Below are positions 18,559 through 28,589 of a stretch of 64,000 nucleotides of DNA, in pieces (position 1 is the stretch's first letter; each line of letters opens with the position of its first letter). Below the pieces are notes generated by a model. It saw nothing but the letters and a program-made list of their open reading frames with translations. It did not search any database and was not told the origin of the DNA. The stretch lies in contig CAZNDZ010000001.1 in NCBI GenBank assembly GCA_964572155.1, forward strand, positions 582,518-646,517. The letters are read 5' to 3'. The position numbers were made by a program, and so were the translations under genes. Source of the DNA: an uncultured Planctomycetales bacterium. Its GTDB lineage: Bacteria > Omnitrophota > Gorgyraeia > Zapsychrales > Fredricksoniimonadaceae.

Positions 18559-19960
18559 GTTTGTAAATATGTGTGGAATGACCGAAGTAGCTTTCAGCGG
18601 TTTCCATCATCGTTTCGCTGAGTGTCGGATGTGGATGGATAGAAAGTTTTAAATCATTAGCCACACAACCCATTTCAATGGCCAAAACACCCTCAGAAAT
18701 CATTTCACCCGCACCTACACCAACAATACCCACACCTAAAATGCGTTGTGTTTCTGGATCAATGATCATCTTGGTCAATCCATCTTGACGATCGAGTGTC
18801 AAAGCACGACCAGAAGCGCCCCATGGGAATTTAACCACTTGAACGGTTTTACCAGCTTTGATAGCTTCAGCTTCGGTGATACCACACCATGCAATTTCTG
18901 GGTCGGTAAAGACAACGGCAGGGATGGCTTGTGGTTCGAAGGCAACCTTAAGACCAGCGATCGATTCAACAGCAACACGGCCTTCATGTGAGGCTTTGTG
19001 TGCGAGCATTGGGTCACCGGCAATGTCGCCGATGGCATAGATATGTTCATCCGCAGTGCGGCGTTGCAAATCAACTTCCACGAAACCACGTGGCGTGACT
19101 TTGACCTTTGTATTTTCTAAACCTAAATTCTCACTATTGGGTTTACGGCCAATCGAGACTAAGATCTTATTATATTCTTCGCTAAACTCTTTACCGTCTT
19201 TATCGGCAAAGGTAACGGTTAAGCCATTGCTTGATTCAACAACCTTAACAACCTTAGTTTCTAACATGATCTTGGCAAACATGGTGCGTGCGCGTTTGTT
19301 TAGGACGTCGGAGAGATCACGGTCAGCGCCTGGGAGCAAACCATTTAACATTTCGACGATTGAAACCTTGGTGCCTAGTTCATGATATGCGGTACCTAGC
19401 TCCATACCAATATATCCGCCACCAATAACAAGCATGGATTCAGGAATAACTTCCATATCGAGGGCGGCTGTTGAATTCCAAATATTCTTGGATTGCGGTA
19501 AGGTTGGGATAGAAGAAGGGCGAGAACCCGTCGCTAAAATAGCTTTTTCAAAGGATAGTTGTTCGACGGTGCCATCAGTCTTTTTAATATTTAATGTTGT
19601 CGAATTGATGAAACTTGCTTCACCTTGGATATATTTGATCTTGCGTGCCTTGGCCAATTGTCCAAGCCCACCGGTGAGTTTAGTTACAATGCTTTGTTTC
19701 CAATCACGTAATTTATTAATATCAATCTTAGGAGCACCATAGGTAATCCCAAAATGATCCGCATGTTTGGCCTCTGACATGATTTTCGCCACATGCAATA
19801 AAGCCTTCGATGGGATACAGCCACGGTATAAACACACACCACCGGGATTTGATTCTTTTTCAACGATGGCAACATTCATCCCAAGGTCAGCAGCTAAGAA
19901 GGCAGCGGCATAACCACCAGGACCTGCACCAATCACAACTAATTGAACTGATTCTGACAT
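18548..19960 (-). CDS. lpdA: dihydrolipoyl dehydrogenase (E3)
   Basis: FAD motif GAGPGGYAAAF and redox disulfide GGVCLYRGCIPSK. Its 3' end overlaps the convergent P1 gene by 11 nt. Confidence 0.9.
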   Translation of the reverse strand: MSESVQLVVIGAGPGGYAAAFLAADLGMNVAIVEKESNPGGVCLYRGCIPSKALLHVAKIMSEAKHADHFGITYGAPKIDINKLRDWKQSIVTKLTGGLGQLAKARKIKYIQGEASFINSTTLNIKKTDGTVEQLSFEKAILATGSRPSSIPTLPQSKNIWNSTAALDMEVIPESMLVIGGGYIGMELGTAYHELGTKVSIVEMLNGLLPGADRDLSDVLNKRARTMFAKIMLETKVVKVVESSNGLTVTFADKDGKEFSEEYNKILVSIGRKPNSENLGLENTKVKVTPRGFVEVDLQRRTADEHIYAIGDIAGDPMLAHKASHEGRVAVESIAGLKVAFEPQAIPAVVFTDPEIAWCGITEAEAIKAGKTVQVVKFPWGASGRALTLDRQDGLTKMIIDPETQRILGVGIVGVGAGEMISEGVLAIEMGCVANDLKLSIHPHPTLSETMMETAESYFGHSTHIYKPKK

Positions 19961-19969
19961 AATTATTCC

Positions 19970-21250
19970 TTACTTATCTAGATCCATTAAGAATGGTTGA
20001 GCAATGGCATCGGCCACCCAGCGGATAAAGCGTGCGCCATTTGCGCCGTCGATGATACGGTGGTCATAGGATAATGACAAGGGTAACATCAAACGAGGTA
20101 CAAATTGATTCTCCATATAAATGGGTTCCATGACGCCTCGTGAAACACCTAAGATGGCAACTTCGGGTGAATTAACAATAGGTGTAAAGAATGTACCACC
20201 AATGCCGCCAAGATTAGACACAGTAAAACATCCGCCGGTCATTTCATCCATTGTGGTTTTGCGTTCACGCGCGCGTGAGGCAATTTGTGTTAACTCATCA
20301 GAGATTTGCATGATGGATTTTTGATCGACGTTCTTGAGGACGGGAACAATCAACCCACGATCTGTGTCAACAGCGACGCCGATATTGATATAGCTCTTAT
20401 ACACAATTTCATTGGTCGTCATATCAACCGCAGAATTAAATTCAGGGAATTGTTTAAGCGCTGCAGCTAAGACCTTGATAATAAAAGGCGTGATCGACAA
20501 CTTGCGCTTATCATTAGAAAAACGTTTGCGTAGCTTTTCAAGTTCGGTGATATCTGTTTTATCAAATTGGGTGACGTGTGGGATAGAATTCCACGCGTTA
20601 GACAAATGTTCGGCTGTTTTGCGGCGCACATTGTTCATGGGTTCACGACGCACTTGACCCCATTTGCTAAAGTCTGGCAACGGTTGATGGGTAATGCCAC
20701 CACCGCCAGCAGGGCGTGATGTGTTTAAAGATTTTGCATATTTTTTGACGTCATCGATGCTGATGCGCCCACCGGTTCCAGAACCAGGGACAACATTGAT
20801 ATCTATGCCGATTTCACGGGCGAATAAACGAACTGACGGCGCTGCAGGTACATTGGCGCGTGCTGGTACAGCGACGGGTGTGGCAACAGGCGTGCTAGCC
20901 GGTGCAACAGGTGTAGGTTGAGCAGCAGCTTTTGTAGGGGCTGCTATGGGTGCTGGTGCTGCTTTAGGAGCTTCAACTTTTGGAGCACTTGCTGCAGCTG
21001 CAGGAGCAGCAGTAGTGCCGCCAAATTGAAATATCGCCGCACCAACTTTGATCACATCACCTGATTTGACTAAGATTGTTTGGACGGTGCCAGCCTCAGG
21101 TGATGGGACTTCCAATACAGCCTTGTCCGTTTCTAATTCGAGAACGTTTTGGCCTTTCTTTACGCTATCGCCAACCTTAACCAAGACTTTTGAGACAGTG
21201 GCTTGGGCAATGTTTTCACCTAAAGCCGGTAATTTGATTTCCATATGCAT
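19970..21250 (-). CDS. aceF: pyruvate dehydrogenase E2, dihydrolipoamide acetyltransferase (single lipoyl domain)
   Basis: Lipoyl-lysine region LELETDKAVLEVPS, an Ala/Pro linker, a peripheral subunit-binding domain, and the catalytic DHRIIDGA. Confidence 0.9.
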   Translation of the reverse strand: MHMEIKLPALGENIAQATVSKVLVKVGDSVKKGQNVLELETDKAVLEVPSPEAGTVQTILVKSGDVIKVGAAIFQFGGTTAAPAAAASAPKVEAPKAAPAPIAAPTKAAAQPTPVAPASTPVATPVAVPARANVPAAPSVRLFAREIGIDINVVPGSGTGGRISIDDVKKYAKSLNTSRPAGGGGITHQPLPDFSKWGQVRREPMNNVRRKTAEHLSNAWNSIPHVTQFDKTDITELEKLRKRFSNDKRKLSITPFIIKVLAAALKQFPEFNSAVDMTTNEIVYKSYINIGVAVDTDRGLIVPVLKNVDQKSIMQISDELTQIASRARERKTTMDEMTGGCFTVSNLGGIGGTFFTPIVNSPEVAILGVSRGVMEPIYMENQFVPRLMLPLSLSYDHRIIDGANGARFIRWVADAIAQPFLMDLDK

Positions 21251-21252
21251 CC

Positions 21253-23940
21253 TTACGATATCATCGGGTTTAATTTATTCGGATTAATCTTCAAATCTGT
21301 TTGAGCCAAAGATAAGACGTTCGATGAAATTTTCTTTTCTTGGTATAAGGCAACCAAGGTGGCCCAAACGATGTGTTTGGCATCAACTTCAAAAAAGTCA
21401 CGCAAAGCCACGCGTGTTTCAGAACGTCCAAAACCGTCGGTACCAAGTACGGTGTAATGACCAGGGATCCATTGACGGATGGAATCTGGCAATACCTTCA
21501 TGTAATCAGATGCAGCCACAAACACGCCGCTTTCATCTTTGAGCAATTGAGACAAGTAAGATGTTTGCATGGGTTTAGCGTTTAATAAATTGGTGCGTTC
21601 TGCATGTAAGGCATCACGGCGCAATTCATTGTAGCTGGTGACCGACCATACGTCGGAGGATACGTTATATTTTTCTTCCAAAATCTTTTGGGCTTCAATC
21701 ACTTGGTTCATGATGGCGCCAGAACCAAATAAATGTGCCTTGAGTGTAGAAGATTTAGAGGACTTACTAAAACGGTACATGCCCTTTAAGATGCCTTCTT
21801 TGCAATTTGCTGGCATTGGAGGCATGGCGTAGTTTTCATTACCGACGCTTAAGTAGTAGAAGATGCTTTCTTGATTCTCATACATGCGGCGAATACCGTC
21901 ACGGATGATGGTCGCGATTTCATAAGCAAAAGCAGGATCATAGGAAACTAAGTTAGGCACCGTCGATGTTAACAGATGTGTATGACCATCTTGATGTTGC
22001 AAGCCTTCACCGTTTAAGGTGGTGCGTCCTGAGGTAGCGCCCACTAAGAAACCTTTGCAACGCAAATCAGCAGCAGCCCAAACTAAATCACCGACGCGTT
22101 GAGGTCCAAACATCGAGTAATAGGTATAGAAGGGCACCATGTTGATATTGTGTGATGCATAGGCGGTACCTGCTGCGATAAACGATGAGATCGCACCAGC
22201 TTCGTTAATACCTTCTTCTAAGATCTGACCATCTTTTGCTTCTTTGTAATACATTAAGCTGTCTGAATCAACAGGTTCATATAATTGCCCAACGTGAGAA
22301 TAAATACCAACTTGACGGAATAAACCTTCCATACCAAAGGTGCGCGCTTCATCTGGGATGATTGGCACAATGAACTTGCCTAATTTTTCATCACGCAATA
22401 ATTTTGCTAAAACACGCACATAAGCCATGGTTGTTGATGCTTCAACACCGTCGGTACCCTTGTAGAATTCTTCAAATAAGCTTTCTGCTGGTGTTTCTAA
22501 TTTGGTGACTTCGGTGCGACGGGTTGGCGTATAACCGCCTAAGGACTTACGGCGTTCATGCAAGTATTTCATTTCCGGTGAATCTGCTGCGGGTTTATAG
22601 AATGGGGCTTTATCAACCTCTGCATCGGAAATTGGAATATTGAAACGGGAACGGAATTCTTTGAGTTCTTGTTCGTTTAATTTTTTACGTTGATGGGTGA
22701 CGTTTTTACCTTCACCCGCTTCGCCTAAACCATAACCTTTGATTGTATGGGCTAAAACAACGGATGGAGCGCCTTTATATTCAGTCGCTGCTTTATAGGC
22801 TGCGTAGACTTTTTCAGGATCATGGCCACCGCGATTAAGCGCACGGATTTCATCATCAGATAAATGTTCAACCATCTTAAGCAATCGCTCATCCACGCCA
22901 AAGAACTTTTCACGGATGTACGCGCCGGAAGATACAGAATACTTTTGGAATTCACCATCAACCACTTCACCCATGCGGCGGGCGAGTAAACCTTCGGTGT
23001 CGTTGGCGAGTAATTGATCCCAACCATTACCCCAAACAACTTTAATAACATTCCAACCAGCGCCACGGAAAAGCGCTTCTAATTCTTGAATGATCTTGCC
23101 ATTACCGCGCACTGGACCATCAAGGCGCTGTAAGTTGCAATTGATGACAAAAATTAAGTTGTCTAACTTTTCGCGGGAAGCCATGGTCAAAGCGCCCAAT
23201 GATTCAGGTTCATCGCATTCGCCATCACCCATATAAACCCAAACTTTATTATCATCTTTCGCTTTTATACCACGATCTTCTAAATAACGGCTAAAGCGAG
23301 CTTGGTAAATACCCATGATTGGCGCTAAACCCATGGAAACAGTTGGGAATTGCCAGAAATTTGGCATAAGCCAAGGGTGAGGATAAGAGGATAAACCGCC
23401 GCCTTTGGCTAATTCTTGGCGAAAATTGGTTAAATTCGTTTCACTTAAGCGTCCTTCTAGGAAGGCGCGTGAGTAAATCCCAGGAGAAGCATGGCCTTGG
23501 AAGTACACCAAGTCACCGCCATCGGTTTCAGTGCGTGCTTTGAAAAAGTGGTTGAAGCCAACCTCATAAAGGGTAGCAGATGAGGCAAAAGTGGAGATGT
23601 GGCCACCTACGTCCGCAGCGATCTTGTTTGCGCGGACCACCATAGCCATAGCGTTCCAGCGTACAATTGACTTAATACGGCGCTCTAATTCGCGATTTCC
23701 TGGGTAATTTGGCTGTTTTTCTGGTGAAATGGTGTTGATGTAAGGGGTATTATAGGTGAAGGGAAGTGTGACGCCTGATTCTTGTGCTCGGATTTGTAAT
23801 TGTTGTAAGAGGTACTGAACTTTTTCTGGTGTTCCATGGGATAGCACATAATCTAGTGAGGCTAACCATTCTTTTAATTCAATCTCTTCAATGACAGGAT
23901 TCTTTTTTACATTGCTTTCATCCGACATAAGAAACTCCAT
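21253..23940 (-). CDS. aceE: pyruvate dehydrogenase E1 component, homodimeric type
   Basis: ~895 aa AceE-type E1 with a ThDP-binding fold. Operon order is aceE-aceF-lpdA. Confidence 0.9.
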   Translation of the reverse strand: MEFLMSDESNVKKNPVIEEIELKEWLASLDYVLSHGTPEKVQYLLQQLQIRAQESGVTLPFTYNTPYINTISPEKQPNYPGNRELERRIKSIVRWNAMAMVVRANKIAADVGGHISTFASSATLYEVGFNHFFKARTETDGGDLVYFQGHASPGIYSRAFLEGRLSETNLTNFRQELAKGGGLSSYPHPWLMPNFWQFPTVSMGLAPIMGIYQARFSRYLEDRGIKAKDDNKVWVYMGDGECDEPESLGALTMASREKLDNLIFVINCNLQRLDGPVRGNGKIIQELEALFRGAGWNVIKVVWGNGWDQLLANDTEGLLARRMGEVVDGEFQKYSVSSGAYIREKFFGVDERLLKMVEHLSDDEIRALNRGGHDPEKVYAAYKAATEYKGAPSVVLAHTIKGYGLGEAGEGKNVTHQRKKLNEQELKEFRSRFNIPISDAEVDKAPFYKPAADSPEMKYLHERRKSLGGYTPTRRTEVTKLETPAESLFEEFYKGTDGVEASTTMAYVRVLAKLLRDEKLGKFIVPIIPDEARTFGMEGLFRQVGIYSHVGQLYEPVDSDSLMYYKEAKDGQILEEGINEAGAISSFIAAGTAYASHNINMVPFYTYYSMFGPQRVGDLVWAAADLRCKGFLVGATSGRTTLNGEGLQHQDGHTHLLTSTVPNLVSYDPAFAYEIATIIRDGIRRMYENQESIFYYLSVGNENYAMPPMPANCKEGILKGMYRFSKSSKSSTLKAHLFGSGAIMNQVIEAQKILEEKYNVSSDVWSVTSYNELRRDALHAERTNLLNAKPMQTSYLSQLLKDESGVFVAASDYMKVLPDSIRQWIPGHYTVLGTDGFGRSETRVALRDFFEVDAKHIVWATLVALYQEKKISSNVLSLAQTDLKINPNKLNPMIS

Positions 23941-23977
23941 TCCCTATTATACGTTTATTAAAATATTATATACTATC

Positions 23978-24062
23978 TGGTGCCGGAGGAGAGATTTGAA
24001 CTCTCAAGGCTTTCGCCATACGCTTCTGAGACGTACGCGTATACCAATTCCGCCACCCCGGC
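23978..24062 (-). tRNA. tRNA-Leu (anticodon CAG), class II with long variable arm, CCA encoded
   Basis: The reverse complement reads GCCGGGGTGGCGGAATTGGTATACGCGTACGTCTCAGAAGCGTATGGCGAAAGCCTTGAGAGTTCAAATCTCTCCTCCGGCACCA: a 7-bp acceptor stem, anticodon loop CU-CAG-AA, and a T-arm GTTCAAATC. Confidence 0.85.
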
Positions 24063-24180
24063 ACATCAAGTGCCACAGGCATGAATCAATGCAATATTGC
24101 GTAACTGCTTCAAGTCAATCAGTATAACTGCACTAAAATTATCTGTCAACAAGAAGCGGTAGCTGTTATAATGCCGCCTT

Positions 24181-25134
24181 ATGTTAAACATTTCGTTTCA
24201 AACCTCAGTCGTAGCCATAGCTCAGATTTTCTCCATGGGGGCGGTAGGTTTTTGGCTGGTTAAAAGTAAAGTCATTAACGATGCTGGTTTGCGCATGTTG
24301 TCGTTTATTAGCATTAACATCGCATTTCCCATGTTTATCTTCAATCAAATCATTCATAATTTTGATCCTATCCAAACACCCTTATGGTGGACATATCCGC
24401 TTATTAATATCGGCCTTACAGCGGTGGGGTTGATGTTATCGATAGCAGCTTTTTATCTTTTTGGAAAGAAAGTCAAAGATGAGGTTTTAGCAGCAAGTTC
24501 TTTACATAACGCAGGTTACATCCCACTTTTGTTGGCAATGACGTTGCCATTGGGTGCTATGGCGGGTAAGGTTTACACGGCCATTATTTTATCCATCATT
24601 GGTTTTGATATGTGTTTATGGTCGGTTGGGCTGTGGTTAATGACCCGCGCTCAAAAGCCGCACATGGATTTAAAAAATATGATTAATCCGCCTCTTTTAA
24701 GTATGGCAGCGGCGGTGTTGATAATCTTAATATTTGGAACAGTAAACGTGGGTGAAATATGGTTGAAACCCATTAAGATCATAGGAGATTCTGCCATGGC
24801 TTTGTCGATGTTGATTATTGGTGGGAACTTGGCTTTAACACAATTGTCAAAATTAAGCGGCAGGGGTTTAATTGCAAGCGTGGTGCTTAAGACAATGATC
24901 ATCCCGGCCATTGCGTTATCTTTGCTGATCGTGTTAAAATTAGATCCAGTGTTTAGTTTTGTGGTGATGGTGCAGGCGTGCATGCCAACATCGATCACAC
25001 TTTCCATCATTGGGCGGCATAACAATACGCAGAATCAAGACTTTATTAACACGGCTATTTTTATAACACATTTGCTTTGTGTATTTACGTTACCGATATT
25101 TTTAGGGCTGTATGGGAAAATGGTGCATGGATGA
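24181..25134 (+). CDS. AEC-family (auxin efflux carrier-like) membrane transporter
   Basis: ~10-TM protein with the composition and length typical of AEC/malate-permease-like transporters. Confidence 0.6.
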   Translation: MLNISFQTSVVAIAQIFSMGAVGFWLVKSKVINDAGLRMLSFISINIAFPMFIFNQIIHNFDPIQTPLWWTYPLINIGLTAVGLMLSIAAFYLFGKKVKDEVLAASSLHNAGYIPLLLAMTLPLGAMAGKVYTAIILSIIGFDMCLWSVGLWLMTRAQKPHMDLKNMINPPLLSMAAAVLIILIFGTVNVGEIWLKPIKIIGDSAMALSMLIIGGNLALTQLSKLSGRGLIASVVLKTMIIPAIALSLLIVLKLDPVFSFVVMVQACMPTSITLSIIGRHNNTQNQDFINTAIFITHLLCVFTLPIFLGLYGKMVHG

Positions 25135-25574
25135 AAGTTATCGCAACAAATAAGAAGGCGTATCACAATTACAATCTGATTGAAAAATTTGAATGTGGAC
25201 TTATGTTAATTGGTCCAGAAGTAAAATCTGTGCGTGCAGCACAAGTTAGTTTCACGGACAGTTTCGCATTTGTCGAGAAAGATGCACTGATGTTATATAA
25301 CGTGCACATCAATCCATATGAACAAGCAAGCTACAATAATGTTGAACCTGCGCGCCCACGCAAATTGTTGCTTCACAAAAAAGAAATGGAACGTCTCAAA
25401 GGGCTCATGTCCCGTCAAGGATTAACCATCATTCCTACCAGAATCTATTTTAATGCGCGAGGGTTTGCAAAAGTAGAAATTGCTTTAGCTCAAGGCAAAA
25501 AGCAGTATGATAAACGTGAAGATATAAAGACACGTGACATCAAACGAGAAATCGATCGACGCATTAAAAATTAA
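25131..25574 (+). CDS. smpB: SsrA-binding protein
   Basis: KVIATNKKAYHNYNLIEKFECGLMLIGPEVKSVR...LLLHKKEMERLKG. I chose the ATG at 25131, which overlaps the upstream stop as ATGA. Confidence 0.9.
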   Translation: MKVIATNKKAYHNYNLIEKFECGLMLIGPEVKSVRAAQVSFTDSFAFVEKDALMLYNVHINPYEQASYNNVEPARPRKLLLHKKEMERLKGLMSRQGLTIIPTRIYFNARGFAKVEIALAQGKKQYDKREDIKTRDIKREIDRRIKN

Positions 25575-25580
25575 AGATCA

Positions 25581-27077
25581 ATGAAACATTTGTTCAAAAA
25601 TAACGATGGGCAAGCATGGCAATGGGTTTCGTTTGCCTTAATTGCCGCGGTAGTTTGGGTTGTTTACGCTCCTTCTCTCATGCATGTGGCGCGGGCAGAT
25701 CAGTTGATGTATCTTGCGGAAATTGGTCACAAGCAGAGTTTGTGGGATCTTACTTTTGGGAGCATTGACTTAAATCGGCATCGGCTATATAGTCCCGGCG
25801 ATGAAGTGCTTTTTAGGCCGCTTGATTATATATTGCTTGGAATAGAGAAATATTTTTTTGGTAATGTGTTTATTTATTGGCAAGCTGTTGGCATATTTCT
25901 TCATTTGTTAGTTATTTGGTTATTGTTGAAATTGTTGCTAACGATTCATCGGGGGTGGCCAGCTGTGATGGCCACATGTTTTTTTGCTGTCTTGATGGTA
26001 AACATGGAGATGGTTATTTGGCATCATATTAACGCATATATGATTTTTGTGGCCGTCACATTATCTTTGCTACGTCGACTGATGGATTATTTATCAGGGA
26101 AGGCAATCAATGAGCGTGATTCATTAATTATTTTCCTTTTAACTTTAACGGGTTGTTTTACTCACGAAGTCGGGAATATTGTTGCGTTGTCTTTAGGTGT
26201 TATTTCATTTATTTTTTTAAAGCAGCACAAACATCTTTATCGCGCGTTTTTCTTATCGGTGTTGATTTATGTCTTAGCAAGTTTGACAAATGCAATTCTC
26301 CATCCCTTTGATACAACAATGTATCAGCATAATAAATTTTGGCAGGTCATAAAAGATGTGGCATATGCTTTGTATTGTTGGTTTTACGCTGGATTCTTTC
26401 CGTATGAGATCCCTTGGGCATTATTCTCACGCAATATGATGTCGCAAACAGTGGAAAGTTTATTTCATGGGTTTGGAAAATTTCATGTGGCTTCTTGGGT
26501 GGCAATAGTGTCGATGCTTGCGCTGGCAGGATGTTTGGTAAGATATTATCGACGCGATGAAGTGAAAGCCCCATGGATTGTTGGTATTATTTGTATAATC
26601 GTTATCATGGGGTATACGGCCATTATTGCGTTGGGTCGGGGTAGTCAGTGGGGCATATGGGATGTGGTCCGTGTAAATACGTATTACATGTATATCTTTT
26701 GGGTATTTTTGATTATAGCTTTTTATGCGTGCATTGACTGGACAAAGGTTTCTAAGCTATTGCAATGGGTGATTTGTGTATCATTGATGATCTTGTGTAT
26801 GTTTAATGCCAATAAATTATATGCGTTAAATGAACAACAAGTCAGCGAGAATAATAAGATTGCGGTTTTAGTTCAAACGTTAGAGCTGCTCATCAAAGAA
26901 CATGGGCATGAGAAAGATTTCTCATTTTATGTTGATCCAAAATATCCCGGTAATTTTATTTATGAAGGTTTGCGTCGCATTAATGAGCCTGACACAGTTA
27001 AGTATAGTTTTGCGAAGATCCTGTATCCAAAGTATTTCGAAGAGAAAACGCCAAAATATAAATTGCTTGTGAAATAA
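25581..27077 (+). CDS. polytopic membrane protein, probable GT-C/TMTC-like glycosyltransferase paralog (no TPR)
   Basis: Multi-TM protein whose N-terminal loop and TM region (LFRPLDYILLGIEKYFFGNVFIYWQAVGIFLHLL) resemble the two TMTC-like proteins at 32850-34361 and 37433-38998. Confidence 0.4.
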   Translation: MKHLFKNNDGQAWQWVSFALIAAVVWVVYAPSLMHVARADQLMYLAEIGHKQSLWDLTFGSIDLNRHRLYSPGDEVLFRPLDYILLGIEKYFFGNVFIYWQAVGIFLHLLVIWLLLKLLLTIHRGWPAVMATCFFAVLMVNMEMVIWHHINAYMIFVAVTLSLLRRLMDYLSGKAINERDSLIIFLLTLTGCFTHEVGNIVALSLGVISFIFLKQHKHLYRAFFLSVLIYVLASLTNAILHPFDTTMYQHNKFWQVIKDVAYALYCWFYAGFFPYEIPWALFSRNMMSQTVESLFHGFGKFHVASWVAIVSMLALAGCLVRYYRRDEVKAPWIVGIICIIVIMGYTAIIALGRGSQWGIWDVVRVNTYYMYIFWVFLIIAFYACIDWTKVSKLLQWVICVSLMILCMFNANKLYALNEQQVSENNKIAVLVQTLELLIKEHGHEKDFSFYVDPKYPGNFIYEGLRRINEPDTVKYSFAKILYPKYFEEKTPKYKLLVK

Positions 27078-27090
27078 GAGGGACAAGAAA

Positions 27091-27132
27091 AGGACGCAAT
27101 ATGTTCTCAAGGAACGTATTGCGTCCTTTTTT
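27091..27132. terminator. bidirectional rho-independent terminator between convergent genes
   Basis: 11-bp perfect stem AGGACGCAATA/TATTGCGTCCT with an inner GTTC/GAAC extension, followed by TTTTTT. Confidence 0.75.
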
Positions 27133-27133
27133 A

Positions 27134-27535
27134 TTACTTTTTCTTCAAGAGGTCGCGTATTTCTGCTAACAGGATTTCTTCTTTGCTTGGAGTTGGAGGA
27201 ACGCTGGGTGCAGCTTCTTCTTTTTTCTTTAATGAATTGATGCCGCGGATCAACATGAATACCGCAAAAGCAACGATGGTGAAACTGAGCATGGCGTTTA
27301 AGAATAAGCCATATTTGATTGTTACGGCAGCCATGTCACCTTCAGCAGCTTTTAAGGTAAAAGCAAGATTACTAAAATCAATACCGCCGACCATGAAACC
27401 TAAAGGGGGCATTAAAACATCTTTGACCGCTGAATCAACAATTTTACCAAAACCTGCACCGATGATAATACCCACGGCCATGTCGATGATGTTGCCACGT
27501 AATGCAAATGCTTTGAATTCTTGTACGATTTTCAT
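27134..27535 (-). CDS. mscL: large-conductance mechanosensitive channel
   Basis: [33 protein letters not shown]...[15 protein letters not shown]. Confidence 0.9.
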   Translation of the reverse strand: MKIVQEFKAFALRGNIIDMAVGIIIGAGFGKIVDSAVKDVLMPPLGFMVGGIDFSNLAFTLKAAEGDMAAVTIKYGLFLNAMLSFTIVAFAVFMLIRGINSLKKKEEAAPSVPPTPSKEEILLAEIRDLLKKK

Positions 27536-27564
27536 GCTTGAATCTCCTTGATTTGACGCGTTTC

Positions 27565-27966
27565 TTATTGTTTTTTCGATAGGGCAATAACGGCATCAAC
27601 CCTGTTGTTTTCATCGTAGCTTACTTCGTAAGCCAATTCATCACCGCTAAATACACCTTCGGTAGGTGTACCAACCACTTCCCAAAGACCTAAGGTGAAT
27701 ACATCCGCCGCTCCGTGGAAAACAGCGCGACCAGCTTTAGCGCCGGCGCTATAACCTTGGGTAAATTTAAAAATCTCAAATTTTTTACCATCGCGCATTT
27801 CTGAGGCAATGGGTAAACCAAATTCTGCTAAGAGCACGCTACGCGGTGTGCCAACTCTAAACAATTTCACATTCAATTCACCGGGTTGTTTCGCGGCCAT
27901 AAAAACAGAACAGCCCTGTGATGCCAAGACGAGAAATGCAGTTAAAATAACAAAAGCTTTTTTCAA
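27565..27966 (-). CDS. lipoprotein, unknown function
   Basis: Signal peptide with lipobox (LASQGCS). Confidence 0.5.
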   Translation of the reverse strand: MKKAFVILTAFLVLASQGCSVFMAAKQPGELNVKLFRVGTPRSVLLAEFGLPIASEMRDGKKFEIFKFTQGYSAGAKAGRAVFHGAADVFTLGLWEVVGTPTEGVFSGDELAYEVSYDENNRVDAVIALSKKQ

Positions 27967-28029
27967 TGAAACCTCCTTAAAATTATTTACGTTTATGTTA
28001 GGGAAGCCAGCCGTAGCCTTGGCGAAGCT

Positions 28030-28432
28030 TGGTGGAGGTGCCGGGGATCGAACCCGGGTCCTTGAGTTTCTAAGGAGAGACGTCTACATGCGTAGTCTGT
28101 TTACTGAAATCTCGCTTTAAATCCCCCAACAGACAGGAAGGATGTTAAAGCCAGCTCTATAGGATCTCATCCTAACGTTAAGAGCAGCCATTAGGACCAG
28201 CCTGCTAGTGACAGTTTATCTTAGTAGCAGACATTCTAAGTAAACTGGCTAAGCTACTTGAGCTTAGACGAGGGCAGGAGCTTCGGCACCCTTTAAGATG
28301 CTTTCAGCTTCAGCCACGACGTTGTAGTTGTCGTTTGCGTTTAATTTGTGCCTGGATTGTTAACGGGGCCGACCAAGCATCCCCGGCATGCATTCTAACC
28401 TCGAGCTAAACAAGTCGAGACCAATCACCCCC
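28030..28432 (-). ncRNA. ssrA: tmRNA (SsrA); ends approximate
   Basis: 5' end GGGGGUGAUUGGUCUCGAC; 3' tRNA-like end GACCCGGGUUCGAUCCCCGGCACCUCCACCA. Predicted tag ORF from resume codon GCA: ANDNYNVVAEAESILKGAEAPALV*. Confidence 0.85.
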
Positions 28433-28589
28433 ATAAGAAAGAACTAAAATACTTGGAAAGGAGTATACCGGAATAGGGGGCGTTTAGCAAATTTTTGTTT
28501 AAAACAGAATTTATAATATATGCCTATGTAACGCGATTGTACGTGATAAAATCAAAGTCTACGTAATACATATTGCACAGGAGATACAT

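Noticed and set aside
20694-20921. Pro/Ala/Gly-rich 75-aa ORF antisense to the aceF linker region
   Set aside because: A low-complexity shadow of the Ala/Pro-rich E2 linker on the opposite strand.
23891-24127. 78-aa ORF on the plus strand
   Set aside because: It lies entirely over the tRNA-Leu gene and the aceE promoter region, has no RBS, and its composition is dictated by the tRNA.
25077-25130. Upstream extension of smpB (MCIYVTDIFRAVWENGAW)
   Set aside because: It lies inside the AEC transporter coding region. SmpB homology starts at MKVIATNKK (25131).
27967-28029. Possible terminator hairpin downstream of the tmRNA 3' end
   Set aside because: Only a 4-5 bp imperfect stem (GCCA...TGGC) with no clear T-run; not convincing.
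27809-28120. 103-aa plus-strand ORF
   Set aside because: It overlaps the 3' end of the tmRNA and the opposite-strand lipoprotein gene, so it is spurious.
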